Assembly: GCA_050084985.1 (NCBI GenBank) | Contig: JBITNC010000001.1 | Span: 38,068,001 to 38,132,000, forward strand | DNA length: 64,000 bases | Origin: Nageia nagi | Lineage: Eukaryota; Plantae; Pinophyta | Reading direction: 5' to 3' | In this document: piece by piece, positions 1 through 13,500 of the stretch | How the letters are laid out: each line of letters begins with the position of its first letter | Numbering within the stretch: position 1 is the stretch's first letter | Position numbers and translations under genes: made by a program | The notes under the pieces: model-generated | Told to the model about the DNA's origin: nothing | The model's input: only the letters and a program-made list of their open reading frames with translations | Databases searched by the model: none

Positions 1-1177
1 CTACTGGATGGGCAATGGTGCTCCACCAATGTTGTAGATTGCCAAGATCCCTCAGCTTGACAACCCTCTTAGGTGCTCCACCTAAGGAATACACTAGCGC
101 TCTGCTAAGGTTATGTCCATCAGACGATATGTAAGAGTAGAAGTAATAATAGTCAAGTTTGTCCAGCAAATGAGCCTCCAAGTCTTCTTATACTCTCAAC
201 CAGGTCCTGGATCTCACCTTGGAATCATCACTAGGCTCTAAGGCTCCAGTTTTAGCCTCTAGAGGGATCGGGATGCCCAACATGGTTTCCTAGGTATCAA
301 GCATGCCAACGTGGGGTTCCTAGGTGCCATAAATGCCAATGTAGGGTCAAGGGGTGCCACACATGCCTTGGTGTTTGTGATGGGCCAACGTGGGGTCTAG
401 GGGACTCCCCAAGGCTGGTGCAAGCATGCAATCCTCTTTCGTGGTCATTTAATGTATACAAGATCTTGGGATTCCAACAATCAAGTCTGAGATCTCCAAG
501 TACATTAATATATCCTATTCTACACTTGGGAGGGATACGTCCCACTAGGGGCTCATAGTGGGGTCCATGGACCAATTAATTCCTATCCCAAGTGATACAA
601 AACTAACCACAAATCAAACTACAAAACAAACTACAAAAGGGATGTTATTAAGACATCCTCTTTGTTACATTAGTTTTATATAGACAAAAGGGATGTTACA
701 TGGGATGCCTCCAAGTCCAATGTTGGGGTCCTAGAAGTCCACCCATGTCATGTGTTGGGTTTCTAGGAGTCATACATGTGCCTAGATCCTATTTTCATGT
801 CTATACACGGCCTTGGGATTCCCACAATCAATTCTTAGGATCTCCAAGTACATAAAATAACATTAAAATATGCTAGCCTATGCATGGGAGGAAAACGTCC
901 CTCTTGGGGATCACGGTGGGGTCCAATGTACCATTATTATTTCTGGCCCAAGTAACTAACAACAAATACATAAATAAATAAATTTTTACAAAAAGGGAAT
1001 CCGCTAGCCTATGCATGGGAGGAAAACGTCCTTCTTGGGGATCACAGTGGGGTCCAATGTACCATTATTATTTCTATCCAAGTAACTAACAACAAATACA
1101 TAAATAAATAAATTTTTACAAAAAGGGAATCCTTAGGATTCCAAAATTAATTAATTCTTGTGGAAAGGGGATGTTAT
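1..1177 (-). mobile_element. Gypsy-type LTR fragment(s) with internal duplications, cut by the window edge
   Basis: GGGATGTTACA at ~690-700 and GGGATGTTATA at ~1167-1177 are reverse complements of the typical Gypsy LTR start TGTAACATCCC. Block ~465-660 recurs in degenerate form at ~810-1000. No recognisable coding domain. Confidence 0.45.
872..1132. repeat. Near-perfect ~131-bp tandem duplication
   Basis: GCTAGCCTATGCATGGGAGGAAAACGTCC...AAAAAGGGAATCC at 872-1002 and 1003-1132. Confidence 0.95.
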
Positions 1178-1289
1178 AATGAGCAAGTTCTAGCTAATAT
1201 GAGTGCATCCACATTTTTAGTTGTGGTAGATTCATGGAAGCAAAGTAAGCTTATCAAGTTTGATGCGAGTGAAATTCCAAGCAATGACA

Positions 1290-2255
1290 TTGTAGATCAA
1301 TGTTTAGCTTTGTGTATCAAGGTAAATGTCTTTGGTTTATAAGTAAAGAGAGCTCTAATGGACATTGATTCATGATTGAATAGTTGTTCAACAACCTTTT
1401 TGCAACATTTTAAGAAAGCGAATCTACCACCCATTCAACAATCAAATATGAAAATCAAGGGATTTAATAGTGAAGAGAAACAATTGTAGGAATTATCAAC
1501 TTGCCAATTTAGTTTCTTCTTGCTAAATCATTCGCGGTGTCTTAACTTAGAATTTGCTTCTAGGAAGACCATGGATCCATGCCATGGAAAGTATTCTCTC
1601 AACTTTGCATAGATGTATCAAGTTTGAATACAAAATAAACGTATACAAGTATTCAATTGATGAAGATACTTTCAAGTATTGCCATGCAATTAGAATTGAG
1701 AATCTTAGAGCACATGTTGTTCCACATAATGAGATCCCTTTGGTTGAGGTTTAGGATAATGGGAAGCAAGTGGTGCAAGATGGATTAATTAATATGACAA
1801 AGGAACTTTTGAAAAAGAAAAGTCAATGAAAGTCATGTATCCAAGGATTGGAACATCAATGAGCAATATATGCTTTTTAGAACCATTCGAGATTTTGGTA
1901 GACCCCAAATTCTCGAAAAATAGGATTACCATTGGTCCTATCAACTTGTGCACGACCACCATCGGCCTTGTTATGAGCATATTTTCAATCAGGATTAGGA
2001 GTTTCAAGAATATCTCAAGGTTTCCTATGGACAATTGTAATCAATAGAAAGTCAATTTCAAAGTCTAGAAAAGAATGAGATAAATCAAGTAAAATCAAAG
2101 AAAGATGATATGACCATGAATTCAAAGTTTGTGGATAGTTATTTGGACAAATTTTGGAGTTATAAGGTTACCAATTTGGGAAGGAATGAACAAGGTCCCT
2201 TAAAATTTCCGGAACAGTTAAGGCATATTCATCCAAAGAATGGCTTTGGGATATG
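1290..2255 (+). pseudogene. Degenerate Ty3/Gypsy (non-chromoviral, Tat/Ogre-like) aspartic protease region followed by a G-patch motif
   Basis: VKRALMDIDS*LNSCS resembles RVLIDNGSxLNVCS. LLGRPWIHAMESILSTLHRCIKF (ORF 1554-1754) matches LLGRPWIHxxxAVPSTLHQxxKF. SYKVTNLGRNEQGPLKFP...GFG at ~2120-2250 is G-patch-like. Stops and frameshifts are present. Confidence 0.7.
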
Positions 2256-2762
2256 ATTCCAACAAGGATGAAAAGAATGAGTTTGATTATTATTCTTCGC
2301 TTTGAGATTTCCAGATTAGTGAATATGGCAATGTTGGTTTAGTTTCCATGATTGATAGCAAAAGAAGGTGAGTCATGTAATTATAAATCTCTTTGGATAT
2401 GTTTGTTAATGATGATTCATTGCTTGAGCTCCTTTGGGCAAAATAAGAGTTGCCCAAATCAAGTGAAAAGAGAATTTCGAAACACGTATGTCATGCTCAT
2501 GCATATTTTAGATATGAGGAATAACAAGACGATAGAAAGTGACAAGTACATTTAAAGTTGGCCATCAGGATATAGCAAGTTTATATTTTCTATATTAATT
2601 TTTTTTCATCTAAATTTCAGTAGTAATAGGTGATAGAGGGGATGGTGGTTAATGGAGGTTAGATTCAGAAACATTCTTTTTCATGATCATTATCTATATG
2701 GTTTATTTGATTATCATTCCCTATTGTCTAAGAAGAGAATATTTTACAAGCATTGTTACAAT

Positions 2763-5700
2763 CAAGGTTGGAAAACTTGGACTCGGGAATTACTCGGCCA
2801 GGAAAAATTTGGAGAGTACTCGGCAACTCGGAGAGTACTCGGTAAAAACTCGATATCAAAACTCAGAAAAAAAAACACGAACATTTTATGAAGCAAAATA
2901 CAAAAACATATTTAGATACGGAATTAGAGAGCTGAAATGATCATTGATTGTTTGTGACCATTAATGATCATCAAAAATAGTGAATACAACAATGTATATA
3001 GTCATAAGTCATAACTCAAAAGTAAAGTAGTTCTAAACTTCTAAATAGTAAAGTCTAAAGACTACTAGTGTTGGAATAAAAACTGAGTCTAGACTCTAAG
3101 AGTCTAACTTTAAAGTACTAAACTACTACTGCCGCAATCAGTGCAATGGCCTCTTTCCCCTCGTCCCGATCCTCTTATATATCCTCGGCTCACTCCTCAC
3201 AGCACGTGGTGGCGAAGGATGTCGCACTGGCACATCCTCATATCCCCAATAGAATGCTCAACCTTAGGTATGTACTAATCCTTGTCCTCATCCTCGGGCT
3301 CCACATAAATTGCAGTTGTTGCATTGGATGTACCTTCACCTGCTCTAGATGCACCTTCATCTACTGCTTCTCTTTCAAGTCGCTCGATATCCTCCTCAGT
3401 GAAGATGGGTTCCACATCTTCAGCAACCCAATCTACTAGTGGATCCATAGAATCAAGGTCAATGGCATCATAGCAATCTGTGCCCTCCACTTGTCTAACA
3501 TGAAGACGAAGATTGTATTGGATGAACACAAAGTCATTCAGGCGTTGCTAGCTTAACCTGTTGCGTCTCTTTGTGCGAACGCTCTCAAACATGGACCAAT
3601 TGTGCTCACACCCAGAAGCACTATAAGGATGGCTCAATATCCTCATTGCCATCTTTTGAAGATTTGGACACCGACCACCATTATCTTCCCACCAACAATC
3701 TGTGAAAAAGAAATTACAATTTCAAAAACTCAATCTACCTTTGATAAAATACTAAATTACTAATAGTAAAAAGACCACATTTATAATTTTACTGATTTTA
3801 GATTATTAGTTGGTCGCAAGGTGTTTCTCGACATTTTACAAATAACTGAAGAAAGAACCGTCCCTTCGGCCTTCTTGTAGGCTTGTATCTCTTCTGAAAC
3901 AAGAGCCTTAAGGTTATCATCAGGGATCACCCTCTCAATGCAAAGTATAGAGGCCATCCATAACCTCATTATCAAGCTCAAAATTATCAACATAGAAAAA
4001 CTTGGGGTTTAAATAGAACCCCGCTTCATGTAGAGGTCGATGGAGATAATGGGTCCATCTCCTATCAATGATACTCTCAAGGCCATCTAATTTATTTCTA
4101 TTTCTTTCATACATACATTGGACAACCGCATTTGCCCTATCCATGGCCTCATATAGATAGCCCATCAGCATCAAATCACCATCTACAAGACGAAGAACCT
4201 TGACCCAAGATTGTGTGACCTAGAAAACATTATAAAAAAAAATTTAGATTTAGATAAAGAAAAATACAAACTACAAACTTACAAAGCTACAAACTAAAAC
4301 TTGAAAAATAAAAAAAAAACATAAAAGAAAGAATTTAAATTATCTTCAAGGCCTCATCAACACCCTTCCAAAACAAGTCATCAAACACTGTCTTTTGGAC
4401 CTTCTTCCCATCATCACTATTACGAAAAGAAGACTCCCTCTATTTATCACTAATAAACATCCTCTTAAAAGGATCTTCTGCTTCAAAGAGGCTTTGTAAT
4501 GCTAGAAAATTGAAGGCAGATCTAGTGATACCTGGACAAATGATCTCCTTGCCACCCGTGTGCTCTTTCATCAAACTAAGAACCCAAGTGTGGTTGTAGA
4601 TGAATTTGGTAATTATTTTTGCTTCATGAACCACATTTTTAATCCATAAGAACTTGCCCATGTCCTCTAGCATAAGGTCAATCACATGGGCTGCGCATGG
4701 GCTCCAAAATAGGGTTTTATACTACCTCTCAAGCATTTTACCTGTAGAAACATATGCTGAAGCGTTGTTGGTCACAACTTGAACAACATCTCCACACCCA
4801 CTTCCAACACCACTTCCTTAAGCAATTTGAAAATCAGCGATGCATCTTTTATTTTATCGGATGCATCAATCGAATTCAAGAAGACCATTGATCCACTCGA
4901 TGCCACCATGAAGTTGAGTAGTGTACAATTCTTCGTATCTGTCCATCCATCTGACATAATAGTGCATCCACGTTTGCACCAATTCTTTCTTTGCTCATCT
5001 ACTATGGCACGTGTGGTAAGTATTGCATCCTCAAGCAAAGGACCATTGAAATCCTTTGCGGTAGGGGCCTTCATTCCTCTTCCAACATTGATGAATGCAT
5101 TCACCATGGCTACCCAATAAGGACTACTTGCAACATTAAAAGAAATGTTGCAATAGTACCAAAAATTTGCAGCTGTTCTTCGGGCGGCTTGGATTTTATC
5201 TTTTCCCCATGATGTAGTGTCAAGGGAAGGTTGTGCCTCTGTAGGAGAAACGAAGAAACCTTCCATGGTTTTATGCCTCTTGAACCTGTAAGTGTTGAAT
5301 TTTCATTTGGCTCTTAACATGGATTTTGGGCAAAGAAAGAATGACACTGAATCTTCAAAGCTCACATTCCCCCCAATCCCTGCACCAACTGCCATCTTGG
5401 TCTTTTGCTTTTCTACCTTCTTTTGTGAGGATGAAGCAAGTAAAGCTTGCATCTCACTTATAACCTCGGGAGGTGCAGCAGGACAAAGTGCTACATATTT
5501 ACCTCGTATCCTTGCAAAATGGTATTTTAATCTATTGATACCACCCCTATAAGTTTTTTGCAAAAATTGCAAATCACATGACCTAAAAGTTCACCCCTTC
5601 TGCCATACTTCCAAGCAATATCTGTCCTTGGTGCTAGAGGAGGAGTTTCATTGGAATTGACATCATCTTCAGTTTCCATCTGGAAAGTGAAAAAAAGTAA

Positions 5701-6272
5701 AATTCCTATTAAAAACCCTATAAAACCCTAACCCTAATTTACAAAAATAAATCACAAAATATTCCAAAACTAACAATACCCTTTTGAAGTATAGGCATTA
5801 ACATTAACACACAAAGGAAAAAAAGATTCCATGGTGAAATTTAAAAAAAAAAGTAAAAAACCCTACCTCTTCAAATGCATAGTGAGAATTAAAAAACACA
5901 CAACCGGATCACAAACTCTTGAGAAATCTACGGTGAAATACTAAAAATCCACGGTGAAGCTCTTTAGATTGATGTTGAACCTTTGAATCTTCAAAAACTG
6001 ACCTGGAGAGTGGAAATAATGAGCAAAATGGAGAGAATGAGCAAATTGGAAATGATATTAGCATGTTAGAGGGGCTGATTGTCTTGAAAAGGGTAAAATC
6101 CGGCTTTGTTTCATCGGTTGCCGGTTACTCGCGGGTTATGGGTTCGGTTACTCGCCGGTTAATCCGCAAAACGTTGTAGGGCCGGTTTTTCACCCGCGCG
6201 AACTCACTAGGTTCGAAAACCGCGAGTACTCGCGAGTTTGCCATGCTTACTTGCGGTTTTTCGATCACTGGA
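2763..6272 (-). mobile_element. hAT-superfamily DNA transposon, near full length, degenerate TIRs
   Basis: Contains a transposase pseudogene. Both ends carry CpG-rich ACTCG/GAGTACTC subterminal repeats. Candidate 8-bp TSD GTTACAAT (2755-2762) / CTTACAAT (6273-6280). The exact right end is ambiguous (6249-6272). Confidence 0.85.
3275..5679 (-). pseudogene. hAT transposase (BED zinc finger, DUF659/RNase H-like, C-terminal dimerisation domain), spliced and disrupted
   Basis: ATG at 5679 leads into AWKY...ICNFCKK..GGINRLKYHFA (BED finger). Also seen: GCTIMSDGWTD, WSPCAAHVIDLMLED, GYLYEAMDRA, LHEAGFYLNP, and WW..GG.CPNLQKMAMRILS..SASGCEHNWS.FE. AT-rich introns at ~4220-4343 and ~3700-3809 have AG acceptors and mutated donors. 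Frameshifts and a stop are present. Confidence 0.92.
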
Positions 6273-7249
6273 CTTACAATATTCCAAATTGTGAGACGAA
6301 TGCCAAGAGGCAACTTCAATAAGTGGATGAATTTTGTCCTCTAGTTAGCATTGTTCAACAACATTCTCCCCTTTGATGTTGAGTGGACTCATCAAATTGT
6401 TTCTCAACTTGAGAAATTGTGCATGTTAACCAGATTTTCTGTCAAGGAAGTCCTGGGACAGTTACACACAGATCATCTACTCTTCGGATGTGATCTCCTC
6501 CAATATACAAGGAAGGGCCTCAGTTTAACAATGCCGAAAAGACAAACACTTAATGGCACAGATTGTTAAAACAATCTTACAACTGAAGCATGCAACCCAA
6601 CCCTGTGACGATCACCCTCAAGTTGCAATTGAGAAATACTTGTTCTAAAGATCAATAAAGACTAATTGTCATTATGTAATGAAATTAAACATATGTTACA
6701 GTCAACAATGAACACATAAAGATACATCTAAGTAATTCCTGTAGTCAATAACATCTTTATTTAGCCATGCTCAAACTGAGCAATTCAGAATCTGATTGTA
6801 TTTATGTAAATAACAATATAGCAATATTACTCGAGCATATCATTTATATTTTTCTTAACCCATGGTCCAACTTTATAGGAGTGTTGGTGTCAATTGAGTT
6901 GTTATGAGTTTTTAGTGAGTTAAGTTGTTCTAGTAACACATGTTCAAAATTATTAGCAAGTTAGTTTTTTCATTCTTACATGCATGCCATTTATTATCGC
7001 TGGTAAATGAGTTATGCTCACAAGCATGAATGAGCATTGTGTGATGTGGGTCATCATCATAAATAAGTGAAGCTGTTATGCTGAAAAGCATAAGTAGGGT
7101 TGCTATTCCTCTGTATATTAGATTTATTGTTATTGTTACTTATGGAACACTGTAAATAGGGGTGCCATGTTTCATTATATGTTGTATATATTAGAAGATT
7201 GATATGAGATTTTCTATATAGTAGTTCTTGTGACCTTGTATGTATATTT

Positions 7250-7500
7250 TGTGTTTAGTTTTTCTATTGATATTAATTTCTCAGTTGTAATCATTTTAAT
7301 ATGTTAATAGTTTATGGCTTCCCATGATGCCAACATATTGTTTCAAAGAACAGGGTTTGATATGACATTTATAGTCTGCTGGTGCTTATGAGTATGCAGG
7401 TGTATTGTGTGTTTCTTGTTTTTATTGATATTATTGTCTCAATTCAAGTCATAGTAGCATGTTAATGGTTTATGGCTTTCCCAAGCCAACAATATGGTAT
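7250..7500. repeat. Degenerate direct duplication, ~158-bp period
   Basis: TATTGATATTA..TCTCA...ATGTTAAT.GTTTATGGCTT.CC...GCCAACA occurs at ~7265-7335 and ~7423-7491. Confidence 0.7.
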
Positions 7501-10500
7501 AAAGCACCAGTTTGTGCTTTTTAAGAAGTGAAAAGGTGTGACCCATGTGGAAGGCCTAATAATTTTTCTTCAAATTTTCAATTTAAGAAAAATAAGAGTT
7601 ACTCTTTTTAAGGTTCAAATATAAAGAGGTGAAGGTATAGTTTCCTAAGGAAGTGTTACTGAAACTCCTGAGATTAGTACTAAATAAAAAGTTGAAGAAA
7701 TTCCTTATTTATGGATGAAGGTGCACGAATAAGAATTGTTCATATATAGCATTCATGATATATTATACTTTTGAATTTGCCTACTCTTTTTTTTCGGAGA
7801 TGAAATTTGGTGAGATTGAGAAGCATAGTTCGTTGCAAATAGAGCTTTGTGTGTACTTGCAACAGCATTAACATGATTTTGGGTTAATTCAATAAAGACG
7901 CTTGTTGACGTTGTTGTAGGTAAACCATGAATGGTGGTGGTTATGGGTGAGCCTAGAGAAATCCTTATAACAGTAACTCTGAAAAAGATGAATAAAGAAT
8001 CATAAAAATCCTTTCTATGACAAGGCTTCGCACACATAATCACATTAAGAGTTTGATAGATTTCAAATTTAGAATATAGACTGCATTTTCATTCATGAAT
8101 GGGAAATACATCTATTGTGGGCATAGCAAATAACTCAGATATTTCTAGATGAAGATTTTGATCTGCGTTTCCTCTGAAAACTTTGAGAAACCAAGAAGGC
8201 CCATATTTATAGCATAAGTTGTTAGGGGGGAGCAAGAAATTTCAATTCCTCACATGGTCATTATATGTTCAAGTATGTTTTTGTGACCTCCAAATCATTA
8301 GTATGGTTGAGACTTAGAATATTCATGATAATTGGTTGGAAGTGCATTATCATCATTCTTGATTGAGTTAAGTTTTATCCAGGCATGCATGAAATTTATG
8401 AGCCTTGTCAGTTGTCTTATTGTACATTGCATGATTGAATCATGTTATTTGCGTCATTATAAGAGCGCATGAAGCCATTATGGTAAACACTAAAAACTAT
8501 TAATACCATTTTGCATGTGTGTACTTTTGAAGAATAGCATGGGTTTTATTGTTCAGTGGTGCTTGTAAGCACTGAGTTTTATTATGTATTCTTTGGTTCT
8601 TAGTGTGTCAGTTGTGTAAGTTGATGGTTCATTTATTCTTCGAAGCGATAACAATTTTGGTACATAAACATTGTACACTTACCATTAGTAATGTGTGGCA
8701 CCCTGTCTTTGATAATTGACCATGGGTATTTAGCATTACATTTGTCAACATTAGTCGCAATATGGTTCATACTTGCTGTGTAGATTTCTGTATGATTTGA
8801 TACGTAGCACCAATGCCTGATTTCCATGGGTATATTATGCAAGTGTATGTCATTGTGATCTTTCTCTACTTGCATAAATTTTTCTTTCCCCCTAAATGTT
8901 TTATTGCACTGGTTTCTGCATTGCTATTCATTCTTGAGTGAAATTTCTACTCAGTTTATAATCAAAATATCGTTTTTTTTTACAGTTACATATCATCCAT
9001 ATGCGCACAATGCTACCATCATCATATCAAGGTTTTCAATAATTCAGCCTTCGACATCTATATTGCATAAACACTATTTTGTTTGGTTTTGCCCTAACTA
9101 TCTCATTTGTCTCAGGAAATTTCAGTACACATTTGATGGTTTTCTTCTCTACAAATTGTAGTTTCCGCATATCATAAACTCAACTGTCTTGTAATTGTAC
9201 TAAATGACAAAATTACTTTCAGGCCATCATCATCAACCACGTTTTCTATTACTATGAATTGGAAAAGATAACTCTACCATCAATCTTCCAATAAATTCAC
9301 AGTAAAAAATCAGAACTATCATTGTAGTGGCATCAACCAATTTGTGGACCATCATTCCATTTTTTTGGGATTTCAAAGAATCCGTCCAAATTCACAAACA
9401 GCATAAACTAACAAGGGTGGATGAAATCTTCACAATAATCGTTAAAACTTGTATTCAACAAGATAAGAGGAACAATAACAAAGAAATGTCATGCTTGCTA
9501 AAGCGTCCAACATGAGTCAAAGGTACAATTTGTCACTACAATAAACAAAGAAAAATGGAAGCTTCAAAGCCATCTATGAACTAAGAAAAAGAAGTTATCA
9601 AGCACAAATCCATATCTTCATGTTTAGTGTTATGTATCTTACATATACTACATATATTGCCATGATATGCAAATATGATACAAAATTACAAATTTAACAT
9701 AATGATGTTATGCAATGTTGACACAACTAAGTATGAGAACTAAGGCCTTGTGTAAACTTCTAAAAACTTCAAACAAGATGTCAAGATTATCATTGATAAG
9801 TATTGTAACATGTAGGATTGGTACCGTCTTTTTCCAATATTAACTAACAATGCAAGATCTAATGATGGCTATGGGAGTGTGTTGGACTGAAAGGGGCCAA
9901 GTTAATAATCTAGGGAATATCTTCCATGTACTTGTCTAATGTGCAGAAAATGTTGGTCCTCAAATTGTTGTAGGAGTTTGCATGGCTATCCTATATGTTT
10001 CGGCTCTCTACATCAATTAATAATGGATTTGTGTCATCTGTGTGATGAGAGGAAAGAATAAGATAGCTACCAGTTTTGAACATTGTCACTTAAATATGCC
10101 ATCATGTGCAAGAGTGGCTACTTAATCTAGCAGGCATTTAGTGTCCTTGAATAACATGCAGAGTTTGTAAGGCTATCTTAGATTTTTTGATCCTTTAAAT
10201 AAAAAGTAATGGATCTTTGGAGAGGTACTTGTTGCGAACATGGTCTCATAGATCTAACATAGTGTGTGGGGTGATTGCATCTTCTAATGGCAATTAGCGT
10301 CCTTAACTATTGCAAGGGGACAAAAGATGGATTTTGGTGTAGTTTTTGGAAGCCTCGTTAATGTTGACATACATTGTCAGAAATGAAACAATATTAGTAA
10401 TGCCCATGGTGATCTAAAGATGGCCCAAGGTATTGCGAAAAGGACATCACAAAGACAACAATTGAGAGAGCAAATACTCCCAAAAAGGGAAAGAAAAAAG

Positions 10501-13500
10501 GGTAAATACCATGTCACGACCTAAGAAGTGGGTCAAAGAGAGTAAGAAGGAAGTCAAAAGGAGAGAGAGAGAGGTCATAACATATAGCTCTACCAAGTTA
10601 TATATAGTGCTTTCTGGAAGGATGGAGACCGAGGAGGCGAGCAACCTTGAGGGGTGCTCACTTCCTACCCCAAAAACTAATCTCTCTTATCAATCAAGGC
10701 TAAAGAATCCTTGCTAAGAAAGTTATTGATTTGTCTTTGGCCATTGTTCCTCTGAAACTTTGAAGGCACATGAATGCCTTGTCTCATGGCCCAGCTAATG
10801 AGACGCAAAATGGTCTCATTTTTAACATAAAATACTTCATTAAAATGTTATATTGAAGGATACCTTAGTAATAGTATTGCATATTTTTATATACTTACTA
10901 GTCCAAAATAGGCATAAGGTGTTGTATTTGTTATTTGCTAATGTGTGTTTTATGATGCAATAAGATATACGAGTGAGAGATATTTCAGAATAATATATTT
11001 TAACCTCTCATCAATGTCTTCAATGAGCCAATGTTGACAAGGAGAAAATGAACAGATTACACAGAGAATGCAGGTCTAGAATTAGAATGGAGAGAATGAA
11101 GACAAAGCCAGTATGGAGGATCAAATAGACTACAAATCATGTGAAAATTGGAGAAGAGCTTCCTTGCAAAAATGAGTACTCAGAATGTTTTATAGAACTT
11201 AAAAATATTGATTAATGAAGGAATTATGACCTCTTCAAGATAAGGTTCCGGAAAATGACGTAGCTCCAAAATGTGCCTTCAGAATCACGGTAAACAAGAA
11301 TCACTCGCAATAAAGTTTGTATTGCTAAAAAATAGTATTGAATTCGAATCTCTCCACTATGGATAAGGGCCAGATCATCATATTGATAATTTCAAGCACC
11401 AAATTTACTGGAGGTTGTTAAAACTAGTAGTAGTGACTCAGCTGCACAAATGTTGGATTCAGTTCAAGTTGTAAATAGCTTACTATTAATAGAATAAACC
11501 TGTACCAGTATACAAGAATATAGGAGCTCCATAATTGTAGCAGTCAACCCCAGAACTGTAGCAGTCAGTTGTGATCATTTCAGAATGAAGAAACTTGACA
11601 CCTGTGATGAAGTTGTTGGATTCAAACCAACAATTGACTAAGTTCCAAGCCACTTGCATATTCTTGCACTATTTCAGTGCCACATCTCAGATATCTTATG
11701 GAACTAGTCTCTTGCTAATGTATTTCCAGAATCTTAGCAGTTTGATAAGATCGTAGAAAGTTATTTTTAGTAAAGTTGTTAGTGGGCGTTGCAATAAATA
11801 ATACTTCTCGTTGAATGAGAAGGTAATTACAATTAGAAAGAAGTTAGTTCCTAGTGTATTTTATAAGCAGCAGAAGAATAAAAGAAGTACAAAGTTTCTT
11901 TCCATTCTAAATTTGCCATAGAGACTCTGCTGGAAGGAGCCTGATCAACTCTAATAGCAAAGCCTCTCTTTTATTTTTTGCTCATTTTAGTTATGTGAGT
12001 TTTATTTTCCAGTATTTATTTCAATTTTTGCGAGTGTGGATATTAGAAAATCACAAATATAGGGTAGAATTTCAACTGCATATATAGAACACTGGCCTGG
12101 ATTGATATTATTTAATGGTAAATTGATGACTCATCACTTGCCTCTTTCTATGTGATCTGATATGACGATTTCCGTTTGATACTACCTCTTTGTTCATTTG
12201 TATTGGTGAAGTATGCTATGATGGGTTGGGAGTGCGATGGTCGAAAACCATTAGGAGGAGAGCTCCTTTGTTGGTGAAGCTAAGTCGATTCCCTGATGTA
12301 TAATGCAAGACATCGTTGATTCGTAAATTTGAAGAAGGTGGATAGAGATCATAGATTGTCCCTAAATAGGTAGTGGAATCTACCTTGGATCTCATAATAA
12401 ATGGGATATTGAAAAATAAAGTGGTTTAGGGTTTCCACTTCTCTCAAAGGGCAAATTAGATGGGCCACCTCCTCAACATGAAGTTGATGGGAGAATGCCT
12501 TGATTTACCCAATCAGGATTTGTAGGCTATGCATCATAAATGGTTGAAGGTTGTGTGGGGGAACTACACATTCTTATTATGCTTACAAAAACACTCATGA
12601 TATAAGACAACTTGGGGTTGAGAGGGATGGCAAGGGAGATCCATGTGCAATCGAGATAGAAGGTGAGGAGATGCTCCCAAAGACAATTTGTAAGGAGTGA
12701 GCCTGCTAATTTGTATCTGAATGCTAGACAAAAGTGCAAATACTTGCGAATAATAGGGCCTTTGTTCCCCTCAAGGACTTGATGCTAACTCCATCAAGGA
12801 GCGTAAAGCTAGGTACGAGTACCATTTGCATCCCAAGGAATTATCTTCCATAATGTGTACCCTATGGAGATAGGGGATGCTCTTGAAGATGATCTCGAGT
12901 CAGACGGGGTAGGCCCCAAACTTTGCCAAGATAATGGAGTGAGGGGTTGTGCTCTTGCATCAAGTGCATCTTCAAATAAAAATTGGTTATAACCACTCAA
13001 TAGGAGACCATTCAATTGGTTCAAGGCTAGCCCAAATCATTAACACATATTTCATAATTGACTAGAGCCTCAATGATTTTTATCTTGATTGGAATATCCT
13101 AAAAATGTACTTTCAAACAACTCTGCTCAAGTAGAGAAAGGGTTGCATACCCTTTACAGATTCGGGCCTAAGTGGTAGGCTTCATTCCAAAGGTGGGTCT
13201 AGAGAAAAGAACCGCTGAGTATGAGGTGACAATCTCTATTTCTCACTCATGGAGATGGAAGTGAAGATTGAAAAGAGCCTCTTTGGTAGAATTAAACACC
13301 ATTACCTTGGTCTTAGATAGGTTCGCTATTAGCTTTCTCAAGCTACATAATGTAACTAGTGCATTCAAATGATGTTGAAGCCATCACGTGGTTGAGTCCA
13401 AAAGCACATCATTGAGAAATAGGAGGGTAGAGATCATTGCATGGTGAAGTAAGCAATTGTCCTTTGCATGTGTGTGCTCTAGGATTAATGACTTGAGTCC

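Noticed and set aside
6351-6569. 72-aa ORF as a host exon
   Set aside because: No recognisable domain, splice context or companion exons.
9850-10450. Possible decayed accessory ORF on the minus strand
   Set aside because: Only faint motif resemblance with many stops; cannot be supported without a search.
11032-12080. Possible solo LTR starting TGTTGACA
   Set aside because: No matching terminus, TSD or second copy in the window.
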